Positions 7,669 to 17,486 of a DNA stretch of 34,137 bases are shown here, piece after piece (the first letter of the stretch is position 1; each line of letters begins with the position of its first letter). The notes under the pieces were generated by a model. That model had not been told where the DNA came from. It made no database searches and saw only the letters and a list, made by a program, of their open reading frames with translations. This DNA comes from Candidatus Saccharimonas sp. (GTDB taxonomy: Bacteria; Patescibacteriota; Saccharimonadia; Saccharimonadales; Saccharimonadaceae): contig JBDTIG010000037.1 in the NCBI GenBank assembly GCA_039936495.1, positions 1 to 34,137 on the forward strand, read 5' to 3'. The translations under genes were made by a program, and so were the position numbers.

Positions 7669-8493
7669 ATGCCAAAACCCTTACATATATTACGCCAGCG
7701 GTATACATACCCCCTCATTATTCTGAAGCAACTAGTTATCACCGATTTCAAGCTACGCTATAAAGGATCAGTTTTGGGCTATTTATGGACCCTGCTGAAG
7801 CCTTTGGCCATGTTTGCTGTAATGTATGTCGTTTTCGTTCAATTCTTGAAGTTCGGGGCAGATATACCGCACTTTGCTGTCGCGCTACTTTTGGGCACTG
7901 TACTGTGGAACTTTTTTTCAGAGGTAACCTTGAATGGAATGTCGGCTATCGTAGGAAAGGGAGACTTGATGAGGAAATTATCGTTTCCTCGCTATGTCGT
8001 TGTCCTTTCGAGCGCAATCTCTGCTCTGATAAACCTTTCGATTAACCTCGTAGTGGTTGGGGTCTTTATTATACTGAACGGGGTGGAGATTACTCCACAC
8101 GCTCTGCTAATCATCCCCATAATCGTTGAGCTATTCGTTTTAGGACTCTCTATAGCATTTTTACTCGCGGCTATCACAGTTAAGCTACGAGACATTGGGT
8201 ACATATGGGAGCTAGTGCTTCAGGCTGGATTTTATGCGACACCTATATTCTATCCATTGTCACTTGTCGAGAAAGTCTCACCGATCGGAGCTAAGTTAAT
8301 GATGCTAAATCCGATGGCTCAGATAATTCAAGATGCGCGCTATGCGCTCATATCGGTGTCGACGCCTACGGTATGGTCTCAGATATCAAATGTATTTGTA
8401 ATGTTAATCCCCGTTGCGATTGTGGTTATTTTATTTTTCTTGTCTAGTATGTATTTTAAAAAGCAGTCACCTTATTTTGCGGAGAATGTATAA
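7669..8493 (+). CDS. wzm: Polysaccharide ABC transporter permease
   Basis: DFKLRYKGSVLGYLWTLLKP, RDI, FYATPIFYP, LNPMAQII; multiple TM helices. Confidence 0.93.
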   Translation: MPKPLHILRQRYTYPLIILKQLVITDFKLRYKGSVLGYLWTLLKPLAMFAVMYVVFVQFLKFGADIPHFAVALLLGTVLWNFFSEVTLNGMSAIVGKGDLMRKLSFPRYVVVLSSAISALINLSINLVVVGVFIILNGVEITPHALLIIPIIVELFVLGLSIAFLLAAITVKLRDIGYIWELVLQAGFYATPIFYPLSLVEKVSPIGAKLMMLNPMAQIIQDARYALISVSTPTVWSQISNVFVMLIPVAIVVILFFLSSMYFKKQSPYFAENV

Positions 8494-8494
8494 A

Positions 8495-9685
8495 ATGAGC
8501 AAACAAGATATAGCCGTCAAAGTAAGCCATATATACAAGAGCTTTAAGCTCCCACACGAAAATACATCTTCAGCAAAGAGTTTGTTCGTGAATCCGTTTA
8601 AGGGTGGTAGAAAATTGAAAACCGAAACTCAGTATGCACTAGATGACATTGATTTTGATATTAAAAAAGGTGAGTTTTTTGGTATCGTAGGACGTAACGG
8701 ATCAGGAAAAAGTACGCTTTTGAAGCTCATCGCGGGCATATACCAGCCTACGAGTGGAAACATCGAGGTGAGTGGTCGTCTCGTGCCATTTATTGAGCTA
8801 GGCGTTGGATTTAATCCTGAGCTCACGGGCCGCGAGAATGTATATCTAAATGGCGCACTCATGGGCTTTTCCACTAAGGAAGTAGACGCTAGGTATGATG
8901 CAATTGTTGAGTTCGCTGAGTTAGAGCGCTTCATGGACCAGATATTGAAGAACTATTCGTCCGGCATGCAAGTTCGACTGGCATTTTCAGTTGCAACAAT
9001 CTTGGCAGATTCAGATGTGTTACTCATCGACGAGGTGCTAGCAGTAGGAGACGCTGCATTCCAACGAAAGTGTTTCAACTATTTCAGAACACTGAAAAAA
9101 CTGAATAAGACGGTTGTCTTCGTAAGCCATGATATGGAGTCAGTCAGAGAATACTGCGATAGGTGCGTGATGATTGATAAATCCAGAATTATTTATGTTG
9201 GTTCACCTGAGGTAGCTGCTGAGAAGTATATAAAACTATTTAACTCAGAAGATAGAGTGAAGAAGCAGCATCATAGTGAAGAAGAGAGCCGTTGGGGAAG
9301 TGGGTCGGCAAAGGTATCAAATGTAAAAGTTGACGTCAGCGAAGACACGATTAGGCTGAAGGTAGGCGTTAAGTTTTATCAACGAATGGAAGAACCGGTC
9401 ATGGGCTTCGGCATAAAGAATACGTCGGGAGTTATTGTCTGCGGAACTAATAGTAAGATATTGAAGACGAAGACGGGAACCTACCGAGTAAATGAAGAGA
9501 TTCTATTAGAATGGGTAGTTCCAAATATCTTCGGTGACGACGAATATGTAGTAGAGACAGCGGTGACAGACAGGGATGGGGTGACTCAGGCCGATTGGTG
9601 GCATGATGCCGCGACTTTCATTGTTAGAAACGACGAATCAACCCCCCATGTCGTTAGCCCAAAAATAAAAATTAAGATTACCTAG
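8495..9685 (+). CDS. wzt: Polysaccharide ABC transporter ATPase with C-terminal Wzt_C-like domain
   Basis: Walker A GRNGSGKST, GFNPELTGREN, signature YSSGMQVRLAF, DEVLAVGD, then RWGSG leading into a C-terminal domain. Start moved to ATG 8495. Confidence 0.93.
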   Translation: MSKQDIAVKVSHIYKSFKLPHENTSSAKSLFVNPFKGGRKLKTETQYALDDIDFDIKKGEFFGIVGRNGSGKSTLLKLIAGIYQPTSGNIEVSGRLVPFIELGVGFNPELTGRENVYLNGALMGFSTKEVDARYDAIVEFAELERFMDQILKNYSSGMQVRLAFSVATILADSDVLLIDEVLAVGDAAFQRKCFNYFRTLKKLNKTVVFVSHDMESVREYCDRCVMIDKSRIIYVGSPEVAAEKYIKLFNSEDRVKKQHHSEEESRWGSGSAKVSNVKVDVSEDTIRLKVGVKFYQRMEEPVMGFGIKNTSGVIVCGTNSKILKTKTGTYRVNEEILLEWVVPNIFGDDEYVVETAVTDRDGVTQADWWHDAATFIVRNDESTPHVVSPKIKIKIT

Positions 9686-9691
9686 ACAGAT

Positions 9692-10651
9692 TTAAATCTT
9701 ACGAGCAACTACGACGTAATCGGCTGGTCCGAATGACGCATTGTATAACTTTCTGATATAGGGAGACTTTACGGATTCTGGTAGTTTCTCTATTACGTGG
9801 AGTCTTATTATCTCACAGCTGAAACCTGAATATTCTAGCATGAAAGCGAGGAGCTGTGGCGGAATTGGGCGTAAGTGAGAAGGGTCCAGGTAAAAGGTGT
9901 GCTAACCAACGCTTGAAGTCTCAGGATTAGGCGTTTCGAATAATGCAAAGCCACCCCTGTCAATAGACCTGTAACATTCCTTAAATATAGCCATGAGAGG
10001 CTCAAAAGGTATATGTTCCACTATATGGAATCCGGTTACCGACGATAGAGAGCTTGTTTTGAGGGTAGCGAGGTAGGAGAGAGCGTCTGTATTATATGCT
10101 TCGAAGCCCGCTTCGACGGCACGGCTTACCATAGACTCGTTCATATCAATACCAACCGCATTAAAGTTAGATTCTTTCAGTACGGCAAGTAATTCACCTC
10201 GTCCACACCCTATATCAACAACAGGTTTCTTCTGAAGTGATTTTGGTAGACCTTTGAATAAAGGGACGTAATCAAGTAAGCGCGTCTTTATCAGCTCTTC
10301 GGAGCCTCGGAATTTATCTTCAAATGCTTTATAGAACTGGTCAAAATGGTGATCATCGGAAACGGTAGAATTAACTACAGCTACTACGGGCCGTGCGACT
10401 TCATTGCCTTGGGAAGACACGGAAATCTGATGGTAAATGTCGGTTATCTTGTCGTCCATCTTCTTGTAGGCGGCGAGAATGGTATTTGCTTTCTCTAAGT
10501 CTCCCTGGAGTTCACCGACCTGATGCTTTAGGTCGGAAAGCATTTGATCATGCTGTATATTCTTAGCTTCAAAGAAAGAGATATAAGACGGCAAGCGAGC
10601 GCCGTGTGTGAGTATTTTTATAGGATAGGGTAACTTCTTAATTCTCTTCAT
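9692..10651 (-). pseudogene. Coiled-coil + class I SAM methyltransferase (glycan-capping type) with an in-frame TAG at 9902-9904
   Basis: YKAFEDKFRGS, VDIGCGRGE, FHIVEH, ETPNP. After the TAG the same frame continues HTFYLDPSHLRPIPPQLLAFMLEYSGF...FGPADYVVVARKI to TAA at 9692-9694. Confidence 0.85.
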
Positions 10652-11867
10652 TTAATCCTCTGAGTATTTGATAAAATTGGTTCATATAATTTTTCCAAGT
10701 ATATATCTTTGATTGAGTATACCCTAGTTTTACATTTTTATCTCTCATGGCGGTGTCCGCTAATAGCGTATTTATACTACCTGCAAGCGCGGCGACATCA
10801 CTAGTCGGTGTAAGTATAATCGCGTTTCCGCCCACTTCAGCTATTGATGAATTATCATATGCTATGACCGGACACCCGTTTTGGAGTGCCTCGACTATAG
10901 GTAGCCCGAAGCCTTCGTAAGCGCTAGGAAAAACGAAGGCTTTTGCGTTTCTATATAACCATAGTTTTTCCGCATCATTCACATACCCGAGTGTATGGAT
11001 ATTCCTGCGAAAAGGTGTATTCTCGAGCGTCTCGATAATATCCTTACTAGGTATTTTAGCTGGATTAGCAAATTCCTTGCCGGCTAGAATTAGTTCTATA
11101 TCGTTTTTCTGCCTCACGAGGTTAAAGGCCTTTATTAAGTCACTGACACGTTTTCTAGCATCAGTCGCACCTATATAGAAGATGAAGGGTTTGCTTAACT
11201 TTAGCCTATGAGGCTGTATTGCCTTGTCTGTATTGAACACGGGCGCAAGGGGGATGGTTGCAATCCTATCCTGTCGGATTCCAAGCAGTGTAATCAGTGA
11301 TTCCGTGGTGCTATTAGAGATACTTAAAAGTAGGTCGGCCTTTTCGAAATTCTTGTAATGTAAGCGATAGCGCTCCTGATAGTAGAGTGCTCGGAGAGTC
11401 TTCTTAGTCTTCTTCAGAGTACCTTTGTTATTTCTAAATGCAAAAGTCGGCGTTGGTATATAATCTTCCTTGAATATGAGAGGAATAAGGTCGTAGGCGA
11501 CGAGTATGGTCTTTATGGCGATACTGGTAGACGGTAAGCCGAGCATAAAATCAAACTGTACAAAAACATCGATGCCCTTGTCTCGAAGTGCGGTGAAACG
11601 GTGAAAAATAACTCGTGCTAGATGGGGGAAATCGCGTGGACTGTCTATAGACTTCTTCAGTGTTTTTGTTTGTATAAGCGTGTAGGGTGCTGGCATGTTG
11701 ATTGCAAGTTTTTTGATTGGATCACTCTCGTCATATGCGTAGATTAGATAGGTATAGTCTTCAGCAGGGTCGATGTTTTCTAAAATGCTCCGAGCATGCA
11801 TCCCGATACCACGACTTTCGTGACCTATTTGAAGGCATCGTAGGTCAAAGCAAATAACCTTGCTCAT
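10638..11867 (-). CDS. GT4 glycosyltransferase
   Basis: RGIG, YDLIP, RK, FVFPSAYEGFGLPIVEA (EX7E). Confidence 0.92.
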   Translation of the reverse strand: MSKVICFDLRCLQIGHESRGIGMHARSILENIDPAEDYTYLIYAYDESDPIKKLAINMPAPYTLIQTKTLKKSIDSPRDFPHLARVIFHRFTALRDKGIDVFVQFDFMLGLPSTSIAIKTILVAYDLIPLIFKEDYIPTPTFAFRNNKGTLKKTKKTLRALYYQERYRLHYKNFEKADLLLSISNSTTESLITLLGIRQDRIATIPLAPVFNTDKAIQPHRLKLSKPFIFYIGATDARKRVSDLIKAFNLVRQKNDIELILAGKEFANPAKIPSKDIIETLENTPFRRNIHTLGYVNDAEKLWLYRNAKAFVFPSAYEGFGLPIVEALQNGCPVIAYDNSSIAEVGGNAIILTPTSDVAALAGSINTLLADTAMRDKNVKLGYTQSKIYTWKNYMNQFYQILRGLNEEN

Positions 11868-13025
11868 TTAATACATACTCCGAATGTCATTTAAAAGCTT
11901 TCTGGCACTATCATCCCAAGAGAATTTACTAACCTGCCGTTTTCCTTTTTTAATCAAGAGATTTTGAAACTTCTTATCTCCCAGGAGTTTATTCATTGCA
12001 TCGGCAATATCGGTCACTGAGCCAGCATCAACGAGGAGCGCAGCATCACCTACGGCCTCAGGGAGTGATGAATTGTTTGCACAAATTACCGGTAATTCGC
12101 AGGCCATGGCTTCAATAGGCGGTATGCCAAAGCCTTCGTAGATACTTGGGTATATAAAGGCAGTAGCGCCACTATATATTGCTGGCAGGTCTTCGTCCGT
12201 AACGTATTTACTTGGGAATAATACATTGTTTCGCTGTTTATTTAATCGAGCAATAATATCAAAGATTTCTCCATCTTGCCAACCTTTTGCTCCGACCAGT
12301 ACCAGTGGGTATGTTGACTGTATGCTGGGGGGGAGTAGCTCGTATGCGAGTAATAAGTTTTTGAGGTTCTTCCGTGGTTCGATGTTGCCGACGAAGAGTA
12401 TATAGTTATCGACAAGCCCATACTTACTTTTGACGTCCTCAGTTTCCTTAGTTGTTCGCTTATAGTATATTTTAGTGTCTACCGCAGGATAGTACACGCC
12501 TACCTTATCGGTTGATAACTTATAAAAGTCACAAATTTCACTTTTTGCACTTTCTGATATTGTTACTATACGATTCGCCCGTCTTGCAGATTTTTTCACT
12601 TGATCCGAGAGGAATACCTGGTTACGTGGTTCAGCAAATTGGGGGTACCGTTCATAAGAGATGTCATACATGAAAGGTATACTTTTTGAGTTGAGTAGCG
12701 GCCAAGTTGTGAAGTTTGGGAATAGGTAAATTCCTTTTCCAAATAATAAGTCGAGCGGTGGTTGCTTTCCATGAATTTTCAGACCATTGGATATACGTAG
12801 TGAAAAAGGAGATGGAATTATTTCGATATTTTTAAAATTATACTTCTTAGCTTTATCGATGTGCCGAAAATGTATCAACATTGAAGCTGTAAATTCCTTT
12901 TGATCGTTGAGCTGACGATCAAGTGCTCGGATAAGTTCAAGAGTGTAATGACCTACACCACTGAAATGGGGCATAACTAGAACCTCACCATCGATAATAA
13001 TTCTTTTTCTCTTGAGCCTTGTCAT
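11868..13025 (-). CDS. GT4 glycosyltransferase (mannosyl/rhamnosyltransferase-like)
   Basis: SGVGHY, FVGNIEPRKN, YPSIYEGFGIPPIEAMAC. Confidence 0.93.
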   Translation of the reverse strand: MTRLKRKRIIIDGEVLVMPHFSGVGHYTLELIRALDRQLNDQKEFTASMLIHFRHIDKAKKYNFKNIEIIPSPFSLRISNGLKIHGKQPPLDLLFGKGIYLFPNFTTWPLLNSKSIPFMYDISYERYPQFAEPRNQVFLSDQVKKSARRANRIVTISESAKSEICDFYKLSTDKVGVYYPAVDTKIYYKRTTKETEDVKSKYGLVDNYILFVGNIEPRKNLKNLLLAYELLPPSIQSTYPLVLVGAKGWQDGEIFDIIARLNKQRNNVLFPSKYVTDEDLPAIYSGATAFIYPSIYEGFGIPPIEAMACELPVICANNSSLPEAVGDAALLVDAGSVTDIADAMNKLLGDKKFQNLLIKKGKRQVSKFSWDDSARKLLNDIRSMY

Positions 13026-14137
13026 ACTGATTGAGCCTTGTGGATTATCTTCATGAAATCTTCGTAACTATTGTCGAATGTGTATTCTTTGCTCATTTCC
13101 CATGCGTTATGTCGGAGCGAATCGTACAGTGGCGCATTTGAGAGCAGGCTATTAATAGCATCACTCATTGCACTATAGTCATTATTCGGAACTATGATAC
13201 CTGTCTTGTTTGCTCTGACACTGTCACGCAGACCATCAACGTCATATACGATTGCCGGCGTGCCTTGACTATTAGCTTCTGTGACTATCAGGCCCCAACC
13301 CTCTTTGATTGAGGTCACTAGTATCAGCGCGGCATCCTGCATCAGCTGTAGACGCACCTCATTTGTCACGCGACCTTTTATATCGATAGAATCTTTATGC
13401 TCTGAGAGGCTAACATATTTGACTATCTTTCTCCCGTATGCAGAATCTATATCTCCAGCTATAACCATGCGAAGCTTATCGTTTTGATTGTGCGCTATCT
13501 CAAACGCCTTTATCGCTTCCAAGGTACGCTTCATTGGGCGGACCGCACCGAGCGAGAGAATGAGAGAAAGACTTCGTTTTTTGGTTAAAGAGGAGAGAGG
13601 ATGAGTTGAGATGCCAACCCGGAAGGTAGTTATTTTTGACAAGCCATACTTCTCCATATCTCGCTTCGAGCTTTCAGACTCTGTGGCTACGGCGCTATAC
13701 CTTCCTCGCGAAAGAAGCTTGAGCATAATTGGTTCATAAAGGTATCCGACGAGAGAAAGCGGAAACGCCATCTGATAAAACCAGACTTCACGTGCGAGCT
13801 GGTATGCCAACAGTATATTAGTCGCTTTTTTTGAGAATCTCGAAGCCCAGAAGGGCAATGTGTTCATCTCGTCTATGACGACATCAGCCCAATCTGCACT
13901 AGTCGCATTAAAAGTTTTTCTCGCAGCTCCGTAAACGCTATACCTATTCCCGGATCTATAGACATCTAGACCCTCGCAAACCGATTCATGCGTTTCGCTC
14001 CCTGGATATAGCGCAGTAATATGACGCACCGTGTGCCCGTCTGCAGCCATTCGATCCATGATCTCACCCGAGACCCTTTCTGCCCCTCCAGTCAGTGGGT
14101 GACCTCTGTCTTTCCAGGACAGCCAGACAATGTTCAT
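13022..14137 (-). CDS. GT4 glycosyltransferase
   Basis: HPLTGGAE, SIKEGWGLIVTEA...GTP...DVDGLRDSV. Confidence 0.92.
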   Translation of the reverse strand: MNIVWLSWKDRGHPLTGGAERVSGEIMDRMAADGHTVRHITALYPGSETHESVCEGLDVYRSGNRYSVYGAARKTFNATSADWADVVIDEMNTLPFWASRFSKKATNILLAYQLAREVWFYQMAFPLSLVGYLYEPIMLKLLSRGRYSAVATESESSKRDMEKYGLSKITTFRVGISTHPLSSLTKKRSLSLILSLGAVRPMKRTLEAIKAFEIAHNQNDKLRMVIAGDIDSAYGRKIVKYVSLSEHKDSIDIKGRVTNEVRLQLMQDAALILVTSIKEGWGLIVTEANSQGTPAIVYDVDGLRDSVRANKTGIIVPNNDYSAMSDAINSLLSNAPLYDSLRHNAWEMSKEYTFDNSYEDFMKIIHKAQSV

Positions 14138-14140
14138 CGG

Positions 14141-15088
14141 CTAGTTAGTTTCCTCTATGATGTATAGAGGACGATTTTGAGTCTCATAATACACATTTTC
14201 GATATATAGAGCCAATAGTCCCTGACACACCAGGACGATACCTACCATAAAGCTCAAAAATACAGCGAGAAGCGCAGTTCCAGTAATATTAAGGAGCAGG
14301 GGATCGCCAAGTATGTAGTTTTCTATAACGATGAAAATACCAAGAAAAGCTGTAAAAATAGAAATCGCTATACCAACTAGCCCAATGAACTTAAGTGGGC
14401 GAGTAGAGTGTTTCACGACCGCGTCAACCGCTAACTTTACTAGTTTTCGCATAGAGTAACTCGCTTCACCTGCATGCCTCTCCTCGGCCTCGAACGGGAT
14501 AAGCTTCCTAGAAAACCCTAGCCAGTCTAGCAAGTTTCTCGTTATCCGGTTGTGCTCAGAGAGCCGGTTATATTCATCGATAATCTTGCGGTCAATAAGT
14601 CTAAAGTCGGTGAGCCCGTGCTCGCTACTACTGTTTGACCCGAGAAGCCTGAGAGTGAAATAGAATACACGAGATCCAATCTTTTTAAGAATTCGACGCT
14701 CTCCGTCCCCCTTGCGAACACCGATAACCTGCATATAACCGTTGTTCCACTCTTCAATGAAAGATTTTATGAGCTCGATAGGATGTTGACCATCAGAGTC
14801 GATCATAACCGCAGCATCACCCTTAGCCTCCCTTAGGCCGGCCGTCGTCGCAGCTTCCTTACCGAAGTTGCGCGAGAAGGATATGTATCGTACTGTCTGG
14901 TCGCTAGCACCAATGGACCTGATTATATCTAGGGAGCCGTCGCTGCTACCGTCATTTGTGTAGATAAACTCGTATTTTATATTTAAGGATTTTAAGTAAG
15001 CGGACATCTTTTTATGGTGCCAATCGAGGTTAGTCTCTTCGTTGTAGACGGGTACAATGATGCTGATTAGGGGAATTCTCTTAGCCAT
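14141..15088 (-). CDS. GT2 polyprenol-phosphate glycosyltransferase (GtrB-like)
   Basis: PVYNE, NDGSSD, SRNFGKE, DSDGQHP, DFRLIDR, two C-terminal TM helices, RPLYII. Confidence 0.92.
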   Translation of the reverse strand: MAKRIPLISIIVPVYNEETNLDWHHKKMSAYLKSLNIKYEFIYTNDGSSDGSLDIIRSIGASDQTVRYISFSRNFGKEAATTAGLREAKGDAAVMIDSDGQHPIELIKSFIEEWNNGYMQVIGVRKGDGERRILKKIGSRVFYFTLRLLGSNSSSEHGLTDFRLIDRKIIDEYNRLSEHNRITRNLLDWLGFSRKLIPFEAEERHAGEASYSMRKLVKLAVDAVVKHSTRPLKFIGLVGIAISIFTAFLGIFIVIENYILGDPLLLNITGTALLAVFLSFMVGIVLVCQGLLALYIENVYYETQNRPLYIIEETN

Positions 15089-15128
15089 AGTTATACGATT
15101 GATTATAACACCTAGAGGGGTGACTGCG

Positions 15129-16304
15129 CTAAAGGTACTTCACTAGTGAGTCAATGACTTTTTTATGGTCGAACTCCGATGCTTGAACTAAAGCTTCTCT
15201 AGAGAGTTTTCTTCGCTTCTTCGAATCGGTTAGTAGATCTATGATGTTTTCTGCGAATGCATCCGTATCATAAAGCGGACTACTGACGAAACCTTGTTTA
15301 TAGACACCCCCGAAAATATCTAGGTCATAAGATACTACGGGTAAGCCGCAGGCCATAGCCTCGCAGACGGCTAGCCCCCATCCATTCTCGTGATCGGGAC
15401 ACAAGAATATCTTAGCTGATTTCATGATGTCGAATACGGTGCTCTTATCTAAATACCCGAGTAAGCTGAAAGTGTTGGATATACCTTTTTCTCTGAGCTG
15501 ATGTTCAACCCTCGCTTTAATATCCGAGCTTCCTCCTCCCATCCATGCGATTTTTACCGTAGGGTTGTTCGCGTGTACCTTTCCCCATATACTTATCATG
15601 TCATAAATGCCCTTTACTGGTGTAAGGCGACCAAGAACCACGATATCATAATCGTGCTTTGCTTGTACTTTATAGTCTTTGATAGTATTGAAATCGATAC
15701 CAGCCTCTAAGATGGCCGTTTTCTTTTTAGGAAAGCCTAGAATCAGGAGTTTGTCATAGAGTTTTTTATTGAGCGCAAAGATTGTGCTTGATTTCTTGCG
15801 CATTAGGCAAAAGCTTAGTCTTTGGAGGTAAAAAGCTATTAAATTAGTGATTTTATTACCCTGACGCTCCTTAGGAGGCAGCAAGATATGGTACACACGA
15901 GATAGCCATTTTACATCCGGGCTTCTTCTCGCAAGGAGATAGGCGGGCCATATGTCTGCGTATGCGATATCTGAGCATGAGTATATTGTCTGTATATTAG
16001 CTTCCTCTTTTAGAATACGATAGACCTGTAAGGCTCTAATGACGTATGAGATAAATATGAACATAGGATTTCCATTTTTCTCAAACCTATTCGGAGGTAG
16101 GAACTTAAATACGATATTACTGGTGTCTATATTACGCCAGTAATTCTTAGCGAAGAGTGGCATGATTACAGTTATAGCAATATTCTTGGGCAGGCGAGGA
16201 GCTATATCTATAAAAAGTTGATCACCTCCTGTAACCACTTTGGGGAAAACGAGTCCAGTGAATAAAACATGAAGGCTTTTGTCCGATACTTTAGAGTTCT
16301 TCAT
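15129..16304 (-). CDS. GT4 glycosyltransferase
   Basis: TGGDQ, LGRLTPVKG, ENGWGLAVCEAMACGLPVV. Confidence 0.88.
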   Translation of the reverse strand: MKNSKVSDKSLHVLFTGLVFPKVVTGGDQLFIDIAPRLPKNIAITVIMPLFAKNYWRNIDTSNIVFKFLPPNRFEKNGNPMFIFISYVIRALQVYRILKEEANIQTIYSCSDIAYADIWPAYLLARRSPDVKWLSRVYHILLPPKERQGNKITNLIAFYLQRLSFCLMRKKSSTIFALNKKLYDKLLILGFPKKKTAILEAGIDFNTIKDYKVQAKHDYDIVVLGRLTPVKGIYDMISIWGKVHANNPTVKIAWMGGGSSDIKARVEHQLREKGISNTFSLLGYLDKSTVFDIMKSAKIFLCPDHENGWGLAVCEAMACGLPVVSYDLDIFGGVYKQGFVSSPLYDTDAFAENIIDLLTDSKKRRKLSREALVQASEFDHKKVIDSLVKYL

Positions 16305-17476
16305 TAGATTGTAAAGGCAGTAGCTATTTCCTCGATCTCCTTATCAGTGAGTTCTGGGTTGTTGCCAAAGTAGAGTCCTTGTTCGTGAATGAGGCCTGCG
16401 TTTGATTTTACGAGTTCAAAGCTGCTGTATTTATTGAAGAAAGGCTGCTTCGTCATATCACCTCCTACGATGGGGCGTAGCTCAATTTTGCCATTACATT
16501 TTTCCACTAACTTGTCACGTATTGCCTTACTCTTACAAATGATAGGAACTGCAAAATTTGAGACTGTGTCAAGATGAGAGTAGCGTATAGGGTAAAAAGC
16601 GTCGGTATTTGCGTAAATTATACCCGCAAGCCTCTTAAATGTAGCCTCTCTAATTGATACAATCTCTTCGAGGTATGGAATTTGGGTGTTCCCTATGAAT
16701 CCATTAATTTCATTTGGCCGTAGGTTGTAGCCTAGGTCATAGAAAGTGTATCTGGAGTAAAATGAGCTGTTAACATCATGTTTGGCCCGGATATCGTTTT
16801 GGTTTTTCTCTGTAAGGTTGCGGTCCCAGCCATGCGCACGCACGAGACTAAGCATGTTTGAAAGCTCCTCGTCATCCGTACAAATAGCACCTCCTTCAAT
16901 AGTCGACATGTGGTGACCGACGTAGAAAGAGAACGTGCTTGCGACACCAAAGTTACCGAGTTTTTTGCCCTTATATACTGTACCGAGAGATTCACAGTTA
17001 TCTTCTGCAAGAATAATGTTTTTATCTTCACAAATTCTTTGAATTTCATCAATATCGTCGCAAAAACCCAAGAGATTGGTGATGAAAAGCATCTTAACGT
17101 CATACTTCTTAAGAACTTCTTTTAGTTTTTTGCTGGATACATTTAGAGTGTCGAGCTCCACGTCAACAGGAATCACTTCAAGCCCAAGTTGAATCAGGGG
17201 CATTGCGTTAGTTGACCAAGTGAGGGCTGAGAATGCGACTTTATCACCACGCTTAATCCTACCTAGATTTAGGAGTGCTTGGATAACAGCTAAGTTGGCA
17301 GAACTGCCGCTGTTTACGAAAGTAGTGCACTTTCGACCTTGCCATTCAGAAAAGGATTTTTCAAATTTTTGACATTCAGAACCGAAACTAAGCATTTCAG
17401 CACCGCTGATAAAGTCGATAAGCTTTCGCTTTGTATCTGCTTCGTTATGGAAAGTGGATTTAATAAGTTTAATCAT
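16304..17476 (-). CDS. PLP-dependent DegT-family enzyme, ColD-type GDP-4-keto-6-deoxymannose 3-dehydratase-like
   Basis: VNSGSSANL, EDNCES, SFYVGHHMSTIEGG (His where aminotransferases have Lys), RAHGWDRNL (no Cys cluster of CDP-pathway E1), GYNLRP. Confidence 0.8.
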   Translation of the reverse strand: MIKLIKSTFHNEADTKRKLIDFISGAEMLSFGSECQKFEKSFSEWQGRKCTTFVNSGSSANLAVIQALLNLGRIKRGDKVAFSALTWSTNAMPLIQLGLEVIPVDVELDTLNVSSKKLKEVLKKYDVKMLFITNLLGFCDDIDEIQRICEDKNIILAEDNCESLGTVYKGKKLGNFGVASTFSFYVGHHMSTIEGGAICTDDEELSNMLSLVRAHGWDRNLTEKNQNDIRAKHDVNSSFYSRYTFYDLGYNLRPNEINGFIGNTQIPYLEEIVSIREATFKRLAGIIYANTDAFYPIRYSHLDTVSNFAVPIICKSKAIRDKLVEKCNGKIELRPIVGGDMTKQPFFNKYSSFELVKSNAGLIHEQGLYFGNNPELTDKEIEEIATAFTI

Positions 17477-17486
17477 CTTATACTAA

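Noticed and set aside
9902-9904. Genome-wide TAG recoding or pyrrolysine
   Set aside because: TAG ends full-length genes here (gmd, wzt, manC, manB) and no pyl genes are visible.
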